From Candidatus Stercoripulliclostridium sp. (GTDB lineage: Bacteria > Bacillota > Clostridia > Christensenellales > DTU072), in assembly GCA_045577735.1 (NCBI GenBank), contig JAZNIY010000017.1, forward strand, positions 6,972 through 70,971: 64,000 nucleotides of DNA, given 5' to 3'. Shown one piece after another: positions 49,432-58,839 of this stretch. The position numbers and the translations under genes are program-made. The notes under the pieces are model-generated. The model worked only from the letters and a program-made list of their open reading frames with translations, was not told the DNA's origin and searched no databases. Every line of letters begins with the position of its first letter. The first letter of the stretch is position 1.

Positions 49432-51228
49432 AATTCTTTTGCAGAGCTCCGTAAATATTACTCCCAACCCATAAGCACCGGCATCGGGGTAGTTAAGGCT
49501 ATCGGTAACACCTGCACGACCGAGTTTTGCTTGGATATACTTGGTCTTTTCGGCACCGTCTACTGCTGCGGAAGCTGCTTTTGCCATTGCATCGAGGAGT
49601 GCTTCGCCTGCTACTGCACTTGCGGAGAGGCTGTCTGCTGCGGGAACAAGAGCATCAATTAGAGTCTTGTCGCCAACTACTGCGCCGTGACCAAAGCTCT
49701 TTTCACCGGTGTCTTGAACACCCTTAACTGCTGCTTGGAGAATGTCTGCTAGACCTTGAAGATCAACTTCGTCTTTACCAAGGGCTGTCTTACCTGCCCA
49801 ACGGAATGCGCTTCCCCAAATAGGACCACTTGCACCACCACAGTATTCCATGATGATTTCGGAACAAGATACTAGGAATTCGCCTACGTTACCCTTCTTT
49901 CTGGTAGCCCAATCTGCCTTTAATTGCTTGAAGCCCTTTGCAATACTCATGCCAAAGTCACCATCGCCACAACGGTCTGCTTTACAGAAAGCAACTTCGT
50001 TTTCGATGATGATATCAGCCATGGTTTCTACGATTTTGCCCATTCCTGCAGTATTGATTTTTTCGCCGATAACTGCTTCACCTACGAATTCACATACTGC
50101 GTTTTCTTCTTCAACAGCTTCTTCTACTGCTACGTCTTCTTCAACTGCCTTGGGAGTAAATGCTCCGGGAGTAATGTTTAGTGCCTTTGCAAGTGCTTGT
50201 ACTGCTTCTTTGCAAGCAAGTGCTTCTGCATCAACAGCGCCCCAAGTAATAGCGGGAGTGGATACTGCGTAATCAAGGAGTCCCTTGAGTTCAGCATCAA
50301 CGCGAAGGAGGGTTACACTTGCACCAGCCATATCGATGGAGGTCATGTAGTTGCCAACCATGGTCTTGTATACCTTGATGCCCTTTGCTTCAAGTTCGTT
50401 GGTTACGTCATTGTTGAATAGGTATAGTTCTTGAAGGGGTGAACCACCAAAACCATTTATGAGAAGTGCGATTTCTTCGCCGGCTTTAAGGCCGAGATCT
50501 TCAATAAGGTCTGGGATAATTCTTTCTGCAAGAGCCTTGGAAGATTGTAGTTTTTCTCTCTTTCTTCCGGGTTCGCCGTGGATGCCTACGCCGAATTCCA
50601 TTTCGTCTTCACCAATTTCGAAGGTGGGGCTTCCTGCTGCGGGAACGGTACAAGAAGTTAGTGCGAAACCAAAGCTTCTTACGTTATCGATAACCTTTTG
50701 TGCTACTGCCTTAACTTCTTGGAGTGAGCCACCTTGTTCTGCCTTAGCACCGGCAATCTTGTGTACGAATACGGTACCTGCAACGCCACGACGGCCTACG
50801 GTATATAGGGAGTCTTTAACTGCGATATCGTCGTTTACGTATACGGCATCAACTTCTACACCATCTTCTTTTGCAAGAGCTGCAGCGTTGTTGAAGTTCA
50901 TGCAGTCACCGGAATAGTTCTTAACGATCATAAGGGTACCTTTCTTGGATGCGGTAAGCTTAAGTGCGTTATAAACTTGAATTTGTGAGGGAGATGCAAA
51001 TACGTCACCACATACTGCACAGTCCAACATACCCTTGCCTACAAAACCAGCGTGTGCAGGTTCGTGACCAGATCCACCACCGGAAATAAGGGTAACTTTG
51101 TTCTTGTCGATAACTTTCTTTTTAACAACTTTATATTTTTCTACAAATTCAAGTTCCGGATGTGCCTTTGCTAGGCCGTGACACATATCGTATACGAAAC
51201 TTTCAGCAGTATTCATTATTTTCTTCAT
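49429..51228 (-). CDS. Fused DhaK-DhaL dihydroxyacetone kinase
   Basis: 599 aa. Dak1 motif GGGSGHEPAH, an acidic linker, then a Dak2 domain. Confidence 0.88.
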   Translation of the reverse strand: MKKIMNTAESFVYDMCHGLAKAHPELEFVEKYKVVKKKVIDKNKVTLISGGGSGHEPAHAGFVGKGMLDCAVCGDVFASPSQIQVYNALKLTASKKGTLMIVKNYSGDCMNFNNAAALAKEDGVEVDAVYVNDDIAVKDSLYTVGRRGVAGTVFVHKIAGAKAEQGGSLQEVKAVAQKVIDNVRSFGFALTSCTVPAAGSPTFEIGEDEMEFGVGIHGEPGRKREKLQSSKALAERIIPDLIEDLGLKAGEEIALLINGFGGSPLQELYLFNNDVTNELEAKGIKVYKTMVGNYMTSIDMAGASVTLLRVDAELKGLLDYAVSTPAITWGAVDAEALACKEAVQALAKALNITPGAFTPKAVEEDVAVEEAVEEENAVCEFVGEAVIGEKINTAGMGKIVETMADIIIENEVAFCKADRCGDGDFGMSIAKGFKQLKADWATRKKGNVGEFLVSCSEIIMEYCGGASGPIWGSAFRWAGKTALGKDEVDLQGLADILQAAVKGVQDTGEKSFGHGAVVGDKTLIDALVPAADSLSASAVAGEALLDAMAKAASAAVDGAEKTKYIQAKLGRAGVTDSLNYPDAGAYGLGVIFTELCKRI

Positions 51229-51249
51229 AGTTTAACCTCCATAAGAATA

Positions 51250-51280
51250 TTTATGCCGATAGTTTTCCTATCGGCATAAA
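51250..51280 (-). terminator. Intercistronic hairpin between gldA and the DHA kinase gene
   Basis: tatgccgatag / ctatcggcata. The T-run is weak, so this could be an attenuator or a processing/stabilising hairpin. Confidence 0.45.
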
Positions 51281-51298
51281 CGACTTAGTTATTTGATA

Positions 51299-52453
51299 TT
51301 AGCATCCGCAATCGCAATCACAGCCACCGTATTTGTAATCGTAACCAATCTTGTCTGCAGTCTTAATAGCTGCTGCAACCATAGCGGGAGTTACGGGGAA
51401 GGGCATGTTGTGAACAGATTCATCGGGAATACAAGTCTTTTCTGCAATAGCCATTAGCATTTCGTCATCGATAGAATCGGTGCCGATATCCTTCAAGCAA
51501 ACGGGTAGACCAACGGTCAAGCAGAAGTCGAGAACTTCATAAAGTTCTTCTTCGGGGGAGTTTTCAAGTACGAGTTGGCATAGAGTACCGAATGCTACCA
51601 TTTCGCCGTGATAGTACTTGGTGTGAGCGGGTAGAAGAGTCAAGCCATCGTGGATAGCGTGAGCTGCTGCTAGACCAGCACTTTCAAAACCTAGACCGGA
51701 AAGAAGAATGTTGGTTTCAATAATGTTTTCAAGAGCGGTGGTTACAACGTTGTTTTCACAAGCTGCTACTGCCTTTGCACCATCGGAAAGAAGGGTTTTG
51801 TAGCAAAGTTGTGCCATTGCATATGCTGCCATGGTTCCGCCTGCTAGCAAGGTGCCCTTTGCACGGTTTGCACCACAAGGTAGACCTGCGTTTACGTTTG
51901 CATAGCTTTGAACGTTTGCACGTGCTTCAAAGTAAGTTGCAAGAGCATCACCCATACCACTAATGAGGAAACGAGCGGGAGCATTTGCAATAACAGTGGT
52001 GTCGATTAGTACTACACTGGGGCTTTGACGGAAATATGCATAATCATCAAAGTGGTGATCAGGAGTATAAAGAACTGCACTGTGAGAGGTGGGAGCATCG
52101 GTTGCTGCGATGGTGGGGCAGATGATGAGGTTGGAGCCTGCTGCTACACACTTGGAAGTATCGATAGCTTTACCTCCGCCTAGACCGATAGTACAAGCGC
52201 ATTTGTTTTCTTTAGCGATTGCTTGCAATCTAGCAACTTCTTGACGAGAACATTCGCCACCAAAATCAACGGCTACTAATTCAACGCCATATTTCTTTTG
52301 GGTTGCTTCCAATTTGTCAGCTACCAATTTCTTAGCAAAGTTATCAGCGATTAGCAAAGCCTTTTTACCAAAGGTCTTTACAAAATAACCAAGGTTTAGA
52401 AGTTCGTCTTCACCTTGAACGTACTTGGTGGGGCAAATAAATGCTTTTCTCAT
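51299..52453 (-). CDS. gldA: Glycerol dehydrogenase (iron-containing ADH family) with a CxCxCxC tail
   Basis: 384 aa with GGGKAIDT. The C-terminus is YGGCDCDCGC. Confidence 0.85.
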   Translation of the reverse strand: MRKAFICPTKYVQGEDELLNLGYFVKTFGKKALLIADNFAKKLVADKLEATQKKYGVELVAVDFGGECSRQEVARLQAIAKENKCACTIGLGGGKAIDTSKCVAAGSNLIICPTIAATDAPTSHSAVLYTPDHHFDDYAYFRQSPSVVLIDTTVIANAPARFLISGMGDALATYFEARANVQSYANVNAGLPCGANRAKGTLLAGGTMAAYAMAQLCYKTLLSDGAKAVAACENNVVTTALENIIETNILLSGLGFESAGLAAAHAIHDGLTLLPAHTKYYHGEMVAFGTLCQLVLENSPEEELYEVLDFCLTVGLPVCLKDIGTDSIDDEMLMAIAEKTCIPDESVHNMPFPVTPAMVAAAIKTADKIGYDYKYGGCDCDCGC

Positions 52454-52636
52454 TATAATTTCTCCTTGTAATGGAATTTTTTATTATAATAAAATTATAA
52501 TACCAAATAATGGGTTCGTCAATACCCAATTTTTCAAAAAATAGCCCTTTTCGCGTGCACACGCGCTAAAAAACCATAATATATTCCACTTTTTTGTCGA
52601 GCTCGCAACCAAACGCAACAAGATATCTCTCTAAAC

Positions 52637-52666
52637 TTGAAAATCCAAAGATACTTATGGTATACT
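52637..52666 (+). promoter_or_regulatory. Candidate extended -10 promoter for the THUMP methyltransferase gene
   Basis: TTGAAA, an 18-nt spacer, then TGgTATACT. The ATG at 52673 begins 7 nt after the -10 element. Confidence 0.45.
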
Positions 52667-52672
52667 TTTTGT

Positions 52673-53800
52673 ATGGGATTTTTTGATGGTAAACTAGAAT
52701 TATCCGTCACCTCTGCGAGTGGCATAGAGGCAGTTACCAAGCGAGAATTGGAAGGCTTGGGCTATGCCCCCGGCGGTGCCGTTTACGGCCGTATCTCTTT
52801 TGACGGAGAATATCGCGACGTAGCACGCGCTAACGTTATGCTTCGCACGGCAAATCGCGTGTTTATAAACATAGCACGCTTCCACGCCGAAACTTTCGAC
52901 GAACTTTTCGAAGGAATAAAAAATGTCCCGTGGCAAAACATAATCCCCAAAAACGCACGCGTTATCGTTAACGCAAAATCATTCAAGAGTAAGCTTTTCG
53001 CCCTATCCAGCATTCAAAAAATTACAAAAAAAGCCATTGTTACAGCAATGGGCAATTTGTTTGAAAGTGGTGGTACCTATACTTTTGAAGTGGTAATAAA
53101 CGAGGACGAAGTGTTGGTCGCGCTAGACACTTCGGGCACGGCTCTACATAAACGTGGATATCGCACCTACGTAGGCGAAGCTCCTCTTCGCGAAACCCTT
53201 GCAAGCGCAATCATCTTGCTTTCCGTTTGGAAGTGGGATCGCCCGTTCATAGACCCCTTCTGTGGAAGCGGTACTTTACCCATTGAGGCAGCTTTAATTG
53301 CAACGAACACAGCTCCCGGATTAAATAGAAACTTCGCCTTTGAGAATTTCCTCAAAGCACCCGAAGTGCTCTCTTCCGTAAAGGAAGAAGCAAGGGATAA
53401 TATCCTACTTGACCGTGACGTTAGGATAAGTGGTTTCGACATAAATAAAGACGCTATTTCCATTGCATTAAAGCACGCAAGGAATGCAGGTGTTGACAAT
53501 AAAATCCACCTACAGGTAGCCGATATGCGTTCTTTGAGCTCCCGATATAGCCACGGTGTCATAATCACGAACCCTCCATACGGGGAAAGATTACTCAAGG
53601 AAAAGGAACTACAAAACCTTTACGCGGATTTTGGAAAAGTATATCGCTCTCTTGACGATTGGAGCGCTTACGTTATAACGTCATACGGCAATTTTGAGCG
53701 CTACTTTGGTGCTCGCGCAGATAAAACCAGAAAACTTTATAACTCGGAATTGGAGTGCAAGTTGTATCGCTATCTTGGCGCTCCACCCAAAAGGAAATAA
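52673..53800 (+). CDS. THUMP-domain class I SAM-dependent RNA methyltransferase
   Basis: THUMP N-terminal domain. Motifs DPFCGSGT and NPPYGER. Confidence 0.8.
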   Translation: MGFFDGKLELSVTSASGIEAVTKRELEGLGYAPGGAVYGRISFDGEYRDVARANVMLRTANRVFINIARFHAETFDELFEGIKNVPWQNIIPKNARVIVNAKSFKSKLFALSSIQKITKKAIVTAMGNLFESGGTYTFEVVINEDEVLVALDTSGTALHKRGYRTYVGEAPLRETLASAIILLSVWKWDRPFIDPFCGSGTLPIEAALIATNTAPGLNRNFAFENFLKAPEVLSSVKEEARDNILLDRDVRISGFDINKDAISIALKHARNAGVDNKIHLQVADMRSLSSRYSHGVIITNPPYGERLLKEKELQNLYADFGKVYRSLDDWSAYVITSYGNFERYFGARADKTRKLYNSELECKLYRYLGAPPKRK

Positions 53801-53802
53801 TT

Positions 53803-54990
53803 ATGAAAAAACTACTAGTCGTATTGCTCGTTGCAGTTGTTCTTGCCACGGCCATAGGGGTAGGAGCAATGGAACTTGGATTCTTGGAAAGGGAAAAAGA
53901 GGAGCGTCCTACCACCCTTTACTACGTGGAGCCAGAGGACGGCTCAACCCCCTACTTCGTTAAAAAATATGACGATGGCACCATTGCAGACAAGCCCATA
54001 ACCCTACTTTCTTTTAGCGACACGCACCTCGGTGACGGCACCGAACCCAGCGACGTCATCTCGCTAACCATAATAGATAGGATTATAAAACAAAAAAAGC
54101 CTGATATGGTAGTCATAACCGGCGACGTATGTCTTGGCTCCAACCCATTCCCCGGCGTTGATGCGCTTGCAAAGGTGTTTGAAGAAAACAAAACGTATTG
54201 GGGTGTTGTACTTGGTAACCACGACGCCGAACCCCTAGATGGTCCCACGCGCGAAGAGTTGATACGTTACTATGAAAACAAGCCCTACTCTCTCACAAAA
54301 GAGGGCCCAGACCTTGATAGCGAAGGCAATTATATGATTAACGTTATGCATTCAACGGGCGTTAGTCATACCATGATATTTATGGATAGCGGTGCCGGTC
54401 ACGTAGATCCCGAAATATGCGAAAAATATGACCTTCCATATACTTCCGGCTATGATTTCATAAAACCCGACCAACAAGTATGGTACGTTAACACGTTGAA
54501 CGATATTAAAGAGCGCAACGCTGGCGTTATGCCGGAGTCCACTTTATATATGCACATTCCACTAGTAGAATACGTTCACGCAGACCTAACCCAAGTGCTC
54601 TACGGCTATTATGGTGAACCAAGTTGCCCATCCGACTATAATTCCGGCATGTTCGACCTTATCAAAGAAGTAGGCTCTACCAAAACCGTTGTTTGTGGAC
54701 ACGATCACGTCAACAATTATGCCGTTATGCACCAAGGCATAAAGCTTATGTATAGCCAATCCTCCTCATTCGGTTCATACCACTCTCGTAATCAATTCGG
54801 GTTTTACATATATCGCCAAATAGACCCCAGCATTTTGTTTACCGATGGTCACACCGAGTTTAATTTCGGCATAGACGGCCACTGCCAAGAAACTCCCTTC
54901 TTCAACGAACTCCACCCCGAAGTCTTTGAAGGACTGGAAGACGCCCTTAGAGCAAACGGCACTCCCCTCCCCCCAGAACTAGAAAAATAA
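53803..54990 (+). CDS. Secreted or membrane-anchored metallophosphoesterase
   Basis: MKKLLVVLL signal or anchor. Motifs SDTHLG, GDVC, GNHD and GHDHVNN. Confidence 0.75.
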   Translation: MKKLLVVLLVAVVLATAIGVGAMELGFLEREKEERPTTLYYVEPEDGSTPYFVKKYDDGTIADKPITLLSFSDTHLGDGTEPSDVISLTIIDRIIKQKKPDMVVITGDVCLGSNPFPGVDALAKVFEENKTYWGVVLGNHDAEPLDGPTREELIRYYENKPYSLTKEGPDLDSEGNYMINVMHSTGVSHTMIFMDSGAGHVDPEICEKYDLPYTSGYDFIKPDQQVWYVNTLNDIKERNAGVMPESTLYMHIPLVEYVHADLTQVLYGYYGEPSCPSDYNSGMFDLIKEVGSTKTVVCGHDHVNNYAVMHQGIKLMYSQSSSFGSYHSRNQFGFYIYRQIDPSILFTDGHTEFNFGIDGHCQETPFFNELHPEVFEGLEDALRANGTPLPPELEK

Positions 54991-54992
54991 TT

Positions 54993-56111
54993 ATGTTTAG
55001 AGATAAAAAAGAAGAAACAAAGCACGGCATACGTGCCGGTATAGTTGGAATATTAGTTAACATTTTGCTTTTCGCAGGAAAAATCGTTGTGGGCTTAATA
55101 TCAAGCTCCATAACCATTATCGCTGATGCCGTTAACAATCTCGCCGATGCATCATCAAGCGTTGTTACCGTCATAGGTTTTAAGTTGAGCTCTCGCCCTG
55201 CAGACGAAGAACACCCCTTTGGCCACGAAAGAATTGAGCAAATTTGCGCTCTTCTTATTGCCATTATAGTGCTTGCAGTAGGCGTACTACTAGGCAAATC
55301 GTCCATTGAGAAAATAATCACGCCCGAGCCCATTATAGTTAGCGTTGCAACCTATATCGTACTTGCAATAAGCATTGTTGGCAAACTAGGTCTTATGTTT
55401 TTCTTCCGTTTGTACGGAAAAAAGATTAACTCGGACTCTCTCATCGCAAGTTCTGTCGATGCTAGGAACGATAGTATCTCCACTACTGCCGTACTAATTT
55501 CCACCATCGTTATTGGCACTACGGGAATTAATATAGACGGCTATATGGGACTCGCAGTATCCATCTTTATTGTGGTTTCCGCCCTAATAATGTTCAAAGA
55601 GATTATAAGCCCCCTACTCGGAGAAAAAGCCGACAAAGAGTTCACAATGGAGGTTAGAAAGAAAATTCTTGCTCACGAAAAGATTCTCGGCATACACGAC
55701 CTTGTAATTCACCAATACGGAAAGACGGCATTCGTTACCGTACACGCAGAAATTGACGCCAAAGATGACTTTATCGCTTGCCACGATATAGTAGACAATA
55801 TCGAAAGAGAGTTTTTGCTTGATGGCGTTCACCTTTCCATACATATGGACCCCATAGAAACGGATAACCCTGAAGTTGAGGAGCACAAAAAACGTGCAAT
55901 CAAAACGCTTAACGCCCTTGACGGAGATTTACACTTGCACGATTTTAGAATAGTAAAGGGCGACACCCACACAAATATACTATTTGACGTTGTAGTTCCC
56001 TACGAAAAGAAGATAAGCCTTAAAGACATACACGAAGCCCTTGCAAAAGAATACGAAAACGATGAAACGCAATACTTCTTCGTCCTTGCTCTAGACAGAG
56101 AATATGCATAA
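54993..56111 (+). CDS. Cation diffusion facilitator family transporter
   Basis: 372 aa with 6 TM segments, ADAVNNLADA, and a C-terminal cytoplasmic domain. Confidence 0.85.
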   Translation: MFRDKKEETKHGIRAGIVGILVNILLFAGKIVVGLISSSITIIADAVNNLADASSSVVTVIGFKLSSRPADEEHPFGHERIEQICALLIAIIVLAVGVLLGKSSIEKIITPEPIIVSVATYIVLAISIVGKLGLMFFFRLYGKKINSDSLIASSVDARNDSISTTAVLISTIVIGTTGINIDGYMGLAVSIFIVVSALIMFKEIISPLLGEKADKEFTMEVRKKILAHEKILGIHDLVIHQYGKTAFVTVHAEIDAKDDFIACHDIVDNIEREFLLDGVHLSIHMDPIETDNPEVEEHKKRAIKTLNALDGDLHLHDFRIVKGDTHTNILFDVVVPYEKKISLKDIHEALAKEYENDETQYFFVLALDREYA

Positions 56112-56113
56112 AA

Positions 56114-56141
56114 GAAAAGCCCACCATTTGGTGGGCTTTAA
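56114..56141. terminator. Bidirectional terminator
   Basis: aaagcccacc / ggtgggcttt, lying between convergent genes. Confidence 0.75.
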
Positions 56142-56160
56142 ATTGCAAGAATTTATTTAC

Positions 56161-56952
56161 TTAACGTTTTTTATTCTTAGCCTTTGTTGGTAACTCATAG
56201 GCGTTATGATAACAAAATGCAAAAAATATGGTAAGAATAATTGATATAATTGCACTATATAGCAGTAAAATCGTATTGGGACTAATTTCAATATGCCCTA
56301 CAATATTTTCGTTTAGTCCACCGAAATTTAATCCTGCGATTTGTAACATATAGGTTAACTCTACTTCCAACCAAACGACCTCGACAACCAAACTAGCTAC
56401 GAACAGCAATAGAAAAAGCATTGTAACAGAGCCTATTGCAATGAGTGATTTCTTAATCTTCGAAATTCCGGTATTATAAAACCAGCGTGCAGTAGAAGCG
56501 TTTATGCCAGTTATAAGGGATATTTCATTAAAAGTATAATTTCCTAACACTTTTAAGGTTATAATCTTTTTGCGTTTTTCATCCAGTCCTATTAGCATTT
56601 CGTCAAACCCATCGACGTTAGCATAGTTACATATGCTATTTTTATTGCACAAGCTTTCAATATCGCTGGGAAGAACGATCTTTTTATCCTTTCTGATAAC
56701 GTCAATAGTTGCATTTTTTATTACTTTAGTCAGCCAAGATATTTCATTGTCTTCGGGTAATTTGTCCACTTCCATACTCATCAGCTTTAATATTACGTTG
56801 TGCACCACGTCCTCGCTTTTGTAGTGGTCCTTGCAGACCATAAAAGCAATAGCATAAAGCTTATTGTATTGTGAAGAATAAAGCAACTCGATCCCCCTAT
56901 TGCGATCCTTACGAATTAAATCGAATATTTGCTTCATTTCCTTATTGCTCAT
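56161..56952 (-). CDS. ECF-type sigma-70 family factor fused to two C-terminal TM helices
   Basis: Region 2 (DVVHNVILKL) and region 4 (NEISLITGINASTARWFYNTGISKIKK), followed by hydrophobic segments. The ATG follows a GGAAGG RBS. Confidence 0.7.
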   Translation of the reverse strand: MSNKEMKQIFDLIRKDRNRGIELLYSSQYNKLYAIAFMVCKDHYKSEDVVHNVILKLMSMEVDKLPEDNEISWLTKVIKNATIDVIRKDKKIVLPSDIESLCNKNSICNYANVDGFDEMLIGLDEKRKKIITLKVLGNYTFNEISLITGINASTARWFYNTGISKIKKSLIAIGSVTMLFLLLFVASLVVEVVWLEVELTYMLQIAGLNFGGLNENIVGHIEISPNTILLLYSAIISIILTIFFAFCYHNAYELPTKAKNKKR

Positions 56953-56973
56953 TCGCACCTTCCAACGTCAATA

Positions 56974-57633
56974 CTATAACTCGACAAATGCACCTAAAAG
57001 TTTTTCTGCTACACCGAGTGCTTTTTCGTATTTGTACTCGTAATCAACAGCCAGGCTATCGTCAATCAAAAACTCCATTTCGATAGAATAATCTTTAGTA
57101 TGATGCCTAACTAGTATATTATAACCCACTCTTGAATCCTTACTTCCCACACTTTCCACCTTGCATTTTCTATCCAATATCCTAACGTTTTCCGAAAAAT
57201 AATCGGAAAATCCTTTGTAGGTTTCTTTTCGCATCGTTAAACTCGGTTTTATCCCGACAAACAAAAAAGCACTTCTTTTTAACGGCGTAGCTACCTTTAT
57301 ATTTATTCTGCTATACAGCTCACCCTCAATTATAGCATTCGCGTAATAAGAATATTGCTCCGTCTTTTTAATGTCCTCTCCCTCTTTATAGTAGCTTATA
57401 GCATGAAAACTTTCATCATAGTCAACTATTACTCTAGAACTGTTAACGTAACAACCAACACCATCTATTAAGTTTAGAAAGCTACCTTCATCGCACTCAA
57501 CTTGTTGTTTTAATAGAGTCCTTTCTTCCTTTGAATAGGCCGTCATTTCCACGCACCAAACACCCAAAATAATACCCAAAATCAACAATATGATTAAAGA
57601 TACAAATATTACGTATTTAATACTTTTGATCAT
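56974..57633 (-). CDS. Membrane-anchored protein, unknown function
   Basis: 219 aa with an N-terminal TM. It lies immediately upstream of the sigma gene and is probably co-transcribed with it. Confidence 0.55.
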   Translation of the reverse strand: MIKSIKYVIFVSLIILLILGIILGVWCVEMTAYSKEERTLLKQQVECDEGSFLNLIDGVGCYVNSSRVIVDYDESFHAISYYKEGEDIKKTEQYSYYANAIIEGELYSRINIKVATPLKRSAFLFVGIKPSLTMRKETYKGFSDYFSENVRILDRKCKVESVGSKDSRVGYNILVRHHTKDYSIEMEFLIDDSLAVDYEYKYEKALGVAEKLLGAFVEL

Positions 57634-57788
57634 AAGGACTCCTTTTTAGTTTTCCATCTAATTATATAAACGCACAAGACGTAGTAAATTGTTGGTGCTA
57701 TTATTCAATTTTTAATAATTTCGTTCACAAGGAAAATGTCTATGATACAAGAGTGGTCTAACCTGCACAAAAAAAACAACGAGTACTC

Positions 57789-57940
57789 GCGAATAAAACG
57801 CGCTAGTTTGGATGCTCCCCGACGCAAAATTAAAAACTCTCACGACGGGACTTTACTAAGGGTAAACGACCGAGGGAGGCTCTTGTTTTGTGATGTTGTT
57901 CGCTAAAATGCGCGGTGGGTTGTAGTTGGTTTATGTATTG
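57789..57940. repeat. Long-hairpin unit C1 (degenerate core type I; alternative right junction)
   Basis: Left arm AAAACGCGCTAGTTTGG. The right end CGCTAAAATGCGCGGTGGGTTGT matches that of B3. Confidence 0.75.
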
Positions 57941-58071
57941 CCTCTTAAAACGCGTTAGTTTAGATGAAGAACAAGCAAAAAGAAATCCCTCCGACGGGAG
58001 TTTACTTGGCGTAAATGACCGAGGAGGGGTTTTGTCTTTTGTGAAGTTGTTCGCTAAAATAACGTGTTTTA
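57941..58071. repeat. Long-hairpin unit C2 (131 nt; terminal type 1, core type I)
   Basis: 126 of 131 nt are identical to 49301-49431. Confidence 0.9.
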
Positions 58072-58230
58072 CCATTCTTTGGCCCCATCATGCTTCACAT
58101 CATCATAAAACTCGAAATACTTGCGTTTCTGCTCTGCAAGCGCTCTTTCTCTTGCGCGCTTTTTTGCGAGCTCTTCCTTGGTTAATACCTTTTTAGGAGT
58201 TGTAGTGGTGGTTGTCTTTTTTTCTTCCAT
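58069..58230 (-). CDS. Possible small Lys/Glu-rich protein (53 aa)
   Basis: MEEKKTTTTTTPKKVLTKEELAKKRARERALAEQKRKYFEFYDDVKHDGAKEW. It lies 2 nt downstream of the yhbY stop, and its own stop codon lies inside repeat unit C2. Confidence 0.35.
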   Translation of the reverse strand: MEEKKTTTTTTPKKVLTKEELAKKRARERALAEQKRKYFEFYDDVKHDGAKEW

Positions 58231-58232
58231 AA

Positions 58233-58526
58233 TTATCTGGGCAAAATGATTTTAGGCTCTTTGTGGTTGCGTTTGTAAAGAATACACTTGCTACCAATGG
58301 CGCAAACAGGTTCGGCTCCGGTGAGTTCAGCAAGTTCAGCTAGCGCCAACTTTGCATCGTAATCGGAGTTGCGAAGCACGGTAATTTTGATTATTTCTCT
58401 TGCCTCAAGCGCTTTGTTGATTTCGCTTGCCATAACCTCGGTAACGCCACCCTTTCCTACTTGGAAAATGGGATCAAGGTTGCTACCTATAGCTTTAAGA
58501 TAACTGCGTTGTTTACTTGTTAACAT
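58233..58526 (-). CDS. yhbY: YhbY/CRM-domain RNA-binding protein
   Basis: 97 aa containing LTSKQRSYLK...QVGKGGVT. Confidence 0.85.
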   Translation of the reverse strand: MLTSKQRSYLKAIGSNLDPIFQVGKGGVTEVMASEINKALEAREIIKITVLRNSDYDAKLALAELAELTGAEPVCAIGSKCILYKRNHKEPKIILPR

Positions 58527-58527
58527 A

Positions 58528-58830
58528 TTAATACTCCTCTATTTCGAACTCTTTGAGCACCTCTTTATAGTCGCGATACTTGTTAATAATAGCAATATGG
58601 GGACGCTCTTTTGCTGAGTCAAGGTGTTTTTCGCAATCAGCTTTACTTTCCCACAACTCTTCAAAAACAATCTTTAACGCGCCCTTTTGATTATAGGATA
58701 CACAATTAAAATAAAGGTTGCCCTCGTCAAGCTTGCTTGCTATGGCGTGAGCTTTACAAGCAATCAAGAATACCTTTCTTATTTCTTCGTCTTTGGAAAG
58801 ACATAAACTTTTTATTTTTAGTAGATACAT
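58528..58830 (-). CDS. ABM (antibiotic biosynthesis monooxygenase)-like small protein
   Basis: 100 aa. The EELWESKADCEKHLDS pattern is a weak match. Confidence 0.4.
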   Translation of the reverse strand: MYLLKIKSLCLSKDEEIRKVFLIACKAHAIASKLDEGNLYFNCVSYNQKGALKIVFEELWESKADCEKHLDSAKERPHIAIINKYRDYKEVLKEFEIEEY

Positions 58831-58839
58831 ATTTTCCTC

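Noticed and set aside
57830-58196. ORFs of 81 aa (-) and 93 aa (+) in locus C.
   Set aside because: They lie inside the repeat units, and the same sequence at 49301-49431 is not in a conserved ORF.
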